The notes under the pieces: model-generated
The model's input: only the letters and a program-made list of their open reading frames with translations
Told to the model about the DNA's origin: nothing
Databases searched by the model: none
Shown: one piece after another, positions 59,956 through 64,000 of the stretch
How the letters are laid out: every line of letters begins with the position of its first letter
Numbering within the stretch: the first letter of the stretch is position 1
Program-made: the position numbers and the translations under genes
Origin: an uncultured Planctomycetaceae bacterium
Lineage (GTDB): Bacteria > Planctomycetota > Planctomycetia > Pirellulales > PALSA-1355
Reading direction: 5' to 3'
Assembly (NCBI GenBank): GCA_963785305.1
Contig: CAWAUV010000005.1
Location: 256,001 to 320,000 of the forward strand
DNA length: 64,000 nt

Positions 59956-62274
59956 TCAGGGCGTGGCCGCCGCGGATCGCCTGCGAAACGGATCGCTCTT
60001 CACCACTGCCAAAATCATGCTTTGCAGGCGGTCGTCGGTCTCGCTCGCGGCCACGATCGCGTCGACTGCCTGTTGGTCATCGTACTCGAGTCCGCGCCCG
60101 ATTGCATAGGTAAGCAACTTTTCGGCCATACAGCGGAGGAAAAGCGTTCGGCGACTCTTAAGCACGCCCTTGAGTTCTCGCGGTCCGCGAAATGTTTGGC
60201 CGCCCGGCAACTCGCCCGAGGCGTCGACCGGCGCCCCGCCGTCGCGCTCGCGCCAGGCTCCGATCGCGTCGAAGTTTTCGAGCCCAAATCCGAGCGGGTC
60301 CATCGTTTTGTGACACACGGCGCACTCGGCTTTGTCGCGATGGGCGGACATGCGTTCGCGGAGCGTGCCCTGGAGCGGGCCGGCGTCTTTTTCGGCTAGC
60401 GGCGGCGCGTCGGGCGGAGGCGCGGGGGGCGGAGTTCCCAACAAGTTCTCAAGCACCCAGCGGCCGCGTTTCACCGGCGAGGTGCGGGTCGGATTCGAGG
60501 TCAATGCGAGCACGCTCGCCTCGCCCAGAAGTCCGCCGCGCTGCTCTGGCGGAAGCGCGACCCGGCGAAACTCGGCGCCCATTCCGCCCGGAAGACCATA
60601 GTGCCGGGCAAGTCGATCGTTCACAAATGTATAATCGGCGTCGAGAAACTCCATGACGCTGTGATTCTCTCGCAAAATGGCGGAGAAAAAAAGTTCGGTC
60701 TCGCGAATCATCGCCGCCCGCAGCGGCTCGTCAAACGCCGGAAAATCCTTCGTATCCGGCGCAAGCGAGCGCACCAGTCGCAATTGCAACCACTGGCCGG
60801 CGAAGTTCGTCACCAGGGCCTCGCTCTTCGCGTCGCGCAGCATCCGCCCCACCTGGGCCTCCAGCACATCGGGTTCGGTGAGTTTGTTCTGCCGAGCCAG
60901 CGTCAGCAGTTCATGGTCGGGCATCGTGCTCCACAGAAAGTACGACAGCCGGCTAGCCAACTCGAACGGACTCACCTCGTAGGCCGCGCCCGGCGCGACT
61001 CCGGGCGGATCGAGTTCGACACGGTAGAGAAAATGCGGCGACACGAGCACCGCCTGCATTACCAATCGCATGCCTTGCTCGAAGCTCTGGCCATCGGAGA
61101 TCGCGAGCTCGAAGAGCTTGAGCAACCGTTCGACTTCATCGGGCCGCGCCGGGCGGCGATAGGCGCGCGAGGCAAACTTCTTGATGAACTCCTCGGCGTC
61201 GGCCCGCTGGGTCTCGGCCCCGGGCTTGCGCGGGATAATGCGGCGATGACTCTCGGGAAGTTTCGAAAAATCATCGCTCAGCGGACCGCACACATCGACC
61301 TGCATCACCGCCAGATTCCGATCACGGCGATGCGCGTCGGGATTTTCGGGCTCATAGTAATCGTTGATAAAGGCGAGAGTGATGCGATGATCGCCCACCT
61401 TGAGCGGCAGCCTGTGGGTGTAGTCGCGCGGGGCGTTGGCCTCGGCCGTGACATCGAACACCGTCTGTTTCTCGCCATCGACCGAGAGCTCCATCTTGGC
61501 GGGTTCGCTCCCCGCTTGATCGCCAAACGCCGTGACCCGCACCAGGAATTCACCGGCGGCGTCGACCGTGGCCTTGCAATACACTTCGCCATTGGTCGCC
61601 AGATAGCGGCCGCCATATTCCTCGCGCGCGACTTTGCTCTTCAGCCGCTTGTCGGTCAAGCTGGCCTGCACTCGTGGCGGACCTGGAACCACGATCGCCG
61701 CTTCGGAAATGCGGCGGGCCGCGGCCAAATATTTCTCCAAGAGCAGTGGCGGCGTCGAGAGCACATCGCCGATATTGTCGAAGCCATAGCCCACGTCGTC
61801 GGACGGGAAATCCTGGGCGGGGTGAAAGTCGATACCCGCGAGATCGTGGATCGTGTTGTCGTATTCGGCGCGATTCAGCCGGCGGAGCGTCACGCGGCCG
61901 GGGTTGATCGTGGGCGTTTGACCACCGGCAAGCACCACCCGCACCGCGTCGACGAATTGTCGCCGCTCGGCCGCGGTGGGCTGGGGAGCATCGTCGGGCG
62001 GCATGTCTTCGGCTCGCACTCGCCGCGAAACCTTTTGCCACGCGTCACGATTGCTCGCCAACGACGGCGCGTCGGCAAAGCGGGCCAGATCGAGCGAGGC
62101 TTCCGGCTTGGCGCCGCCATGACAGTCGAGACACAGTCGCTCGACCAGCGGTCGCACTTGCGAACTGAATTCACTCTGGGCTCGCGCCACCCCAGTGGAC
62201 GCGGGCATCGCCTTGTTTTCATCGGCGCCGAGGGTGGGACCCGCGATTGCGAAAAGCGCCACCACGGTAAGCAT
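59956..62274 (-). CDS. Planctomycete cytochrome c / DUF1587-1595-1592-1588-1585 protein
   Basis: CLDCH, CAVCH, RRLNRAEYDNT, ELASRLSYFLWSTMPD, TSPVKRG; start uncertain. Confidence 0.9.
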   Translation of the reverse strand: MLTVVALFAIAGPTLGADENKAMPASTGVARAQSEFSSQVRPLVERLCLDCHGGAKPEASLDLARFADAPSLASNRDAWQKVSRRVRAEDMPPDDAPQPTAAERRQFVDAVRVVLAGGQTPTINPGRVTLRRLNRAEYDNTIHDLAGIDFHPAQDFPSDDVGYGFDNIGDVLSTPPLLLEKYLAAARRISEAAIVVPGPPRVQASLTDKRLKSKVAREEYGGRYLATNGEVYCKATVDAAGEFLVRVTAFGDQAGSEPAKMELSVDGEKQTVFDVTAEANAPRDYTHRLPLKVGDHRITLAFINDYYEPENPDAHRRDRNLAVMQVDVCGPLSDDFSKLPESHRRIIPRKPGAETQRADAEEFIKKFASRAYRRPARPDEVERLLKLFELAISDGQSFEQGMRLVMQAVLVSPHFLYRVELDPPGVAPGAAYEVSPFELASRLSYFLWSTMPDHELLTLARQNKLTEPDVLEAQVGRMLRDAKSEALVTNFAGQWLQLRLVRSLAPDTKDFPAFDEPLRAAMIRETELFFSAILRENHSVMEFLDADYTFVNDRLARHYGLPGGMGAEFRRVALPPEQRGGLLGEASVLALTSNPTRTSPVKRGRWVLENLLGTPPPAPPPDAPPLAEKDAGPLQGTLRERMSAHRDKAECAVCHKTMDPLGFGLENFDAIGAWRERDGGAPVDASGELPGGQTFRGPRELKGVLKSRRTLFLRCMAEKLLTYAIGRGLEYDDQQAVDAIVAASETDDRLQSMILAVVKSDPFRRRSAAATP

Positions 62275-62679
62275 TGTCCCAAGGCATCGCTGAATGCGTC
62301 GCGCGATGCTTCTCGGGAAGCGACATGGCTTGGGCGCGTGGCGAAGCGGCAAAGTCACGGTCGGAGCGCACTTGCGAAAGCGGCAAGCAGCATTCATGCA
62401 AGGAAACCGATCAAAATCGGAAGCGGCGGGGGTGGGTGTCGATCGCGGCGGGAGTCTTCTCTCGAACTCCAGCGGGCATGGCATTGTGGCCCGGTCGCAA
62501 TTGCGGCGGTCGCATTTATCGCGGTCGGGGCGTCGCAATGCGCCGTTCATTCGCCGGCTGGCGTCAACGGCATCATTGTATCAGCTTTTTGCGAAAACGA
62601 ATGCCGATCAAGAAAAATTTTCGCGGAATCCCGACCGGCCCGGCCGGCGGATTAGCCTCGCCGAACACGTTGCGGTGGA

Positions 62680-62711
62680 CCCTCGTCCTACCCTCTCCCC
62701 AGGGGAGAGGG
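62680..62711. repeat. REP-like palindrome
   Basis: CCCTCGTCCTACCCTCTCCCCAGGGGAGAGGG just downstream of the DUF58 stop. Confidence 0.6.
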
Positions 62712-62729
62712 CGAGCGGTCGGATCGGCT

Positions 62730-64000
62730 CTAAAGCAAATGGCGGGCTTTGGCGTCGAGATAGCGATTCACCAGTTGGGCCGTGAGTTGCTCGGGAAAGG
62801 CGTCGACCGTGAGCACGCCGCTCGACTGGAGATCGGCGATCGCCTGCCGCCGCCAGAGCAGCACTTCGGCCGCGGCCACGGCGGTAAAAAGCTGCGAATC
62901 GCTTTCGACCGGCCCATCGGCCAGGGAAAACATCCGCCGATCCCGCAGCAGCACCCCCAGCGGCAAATGCCGGCCCACCTGATTGGCCAGATAACGCTGG
63001 ATTTGGCCGGCGTTGACATCATCGATCACATTGGTCAGTAGCACGACGAGCGATCGCTTGCGGGCGTGGGAGGCCAGATGCAAAAACGCCTGATCGTAGC
63101 GCGACTCGACCAGCCGCGGAAAGCGGTCGTAGGTGGCATGCAAGAGCCGGTTCATCTGCGCCATGCCGCCCTTGGCCGGCACATAGCAATGAATTTGATC
63201 GGAAAAACAGAGTAGCCCCACCGAGTCGCCTTGCCGCAGCGCCACGAAGCTCAGCATCAGCAGCGCGTTCAACGCATAGTCGAGCAGTGAAAGTCCCGCG
63301 TGGCGGTTGGTCATCATGCGCCCGCAATCGACCAGAAACATCACTCGCTGACTCTGGTTGGCCTGAAAGTCCTTGACGGTCAATCGACCGCGCCGGGCCG
63401 TGCTGCGCCAGTCGATGAACTTATAGTTGTCGTCGGGTGTGTAATCGCGCAATCGCTCGAATTCGTTGTCTTGCCCGATCCGGCGCGTGCGGCGAACGCC
63501 CACCAAGCTTAGGCGGTTGGTTCGCGCGAGCAGCGCGTATTCACCCAATTGGCCGATATCGGGATAGACACTGCAGCGCGGTCGCGACCGGAGTTCGGAT
63601 TTGTCGGCGCCAAAAGACGAACCGGCTGCGGGTCTCGAAATAAACCTGCTCGAGCCGAAACGACCCGCGTCGCGACGCGCTCAATTGATAATGCACCACC
63701 GATCGGCTACTCGGCGGCAAAATGAGCTTGAAGTGATCGGGTTCTTGGGTGAGCGCTTCCGGCTTGTCGTCGCGCGCTTCCACCCAAAGCTCGCGGGCCG
63801 AGCGATTGATCAGCGTCAGTTCGACCCGTTGCGACTTGCCAAGCGAAAAGATCGGGCTCGTCACCCGCTCCGCCGCCAAGTGTCGCGCCCTCGGCAATGT
63901 AAACAGATCAGCCGCCGCGACGATCACCAACGCCCCGTTGACCGCCAGCAGCGGCCACACCAGATCGTCGGACACCAGCACCGCGAGCGACAACGCGGCC
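62730..64000 (-). CDS. DUF58 (MoxR-associated) protein, runs off the window; apparent frameshift near 63550-63575
   Basis: EFERLRDYTPDD..IDWRSTAR, VDCGRMM, GDSVGL, RSLVVLLT. Confidence 0.88.

Noticed and set aside
88..62655. Long antisense ORFs (e.g. 88-1851, 24255-25850, 50547-52295, 60601-62655)
   Set aside because: Shadow frames of real genes in high-GC DNA, with no recognisable motifs.
4563..64000. Widespread pseudogenisation or programmed frameshifting (hisA, DapA-family gene, hypF, kinase, treZ, DUF58)
   Set aside because: The lesions are isolated 1-bp indels in otherwise conserved proteins, including a biosynthetic gene, with no shared slippery motif; long-read consensus error is more parsimonious.

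Overview
GC-rich bacterial DNA, most likely from a planctomycete (inferred from the DUF1552/DUF1592-type gene pair and gene style). Many housekeeping genes carry isolated 1-bp indels (hisA, DapA-family gene, hypF, kinase, treZ, DUF58), which suggests uncorrected long-read errors, so single frameshifts are not treated as real. The flanks (1-7.7 kb and 45-64 kb) are ordinary core genome: amt with a sigma54 promoter, an EF-G paralogue, hisA, a kinase/cyclase pair, cysE, treZ and others. Between about 7.7 and 45.1 kb lies a heavily rearranged island. It holds five orphan Rhs C-terminal toxin/immunity modules, four near-identical group II introns plus a fragment of a second intron, four copies of a single-ORF IS66-like element, IS630 and IS1380 remnants, and a 5'-truncated hypD-hypE-SIS-hypF block. 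The main finding is one short site, GAACAATCCAAAGGGGTCAGG^ANTCATTGATT, present 7 times. It sits directly upstream of a REP-associated tyrosine (HUH/Y1) transposase remnant and lies at junctions between unrelated DNA segments and Rhs cassettes. It is also the exact homing site of every intron (EBS1 CCTGAC pairs with IBS1 GTCAGG). Two site-like hexamers elsewhere carry 3-nt to 19/22-nt replacement scars. Together this suggests an HUH-driven toxin-cassette shuffling system whose recombination site is parasitised by a group II intron; the mechanism is inferred, not shown. One Rhs tip is a candidate nucleotidyltransferase toxin. A 7 x 149-bp palindromic tandem array lies at 45.7-46.8 kb.
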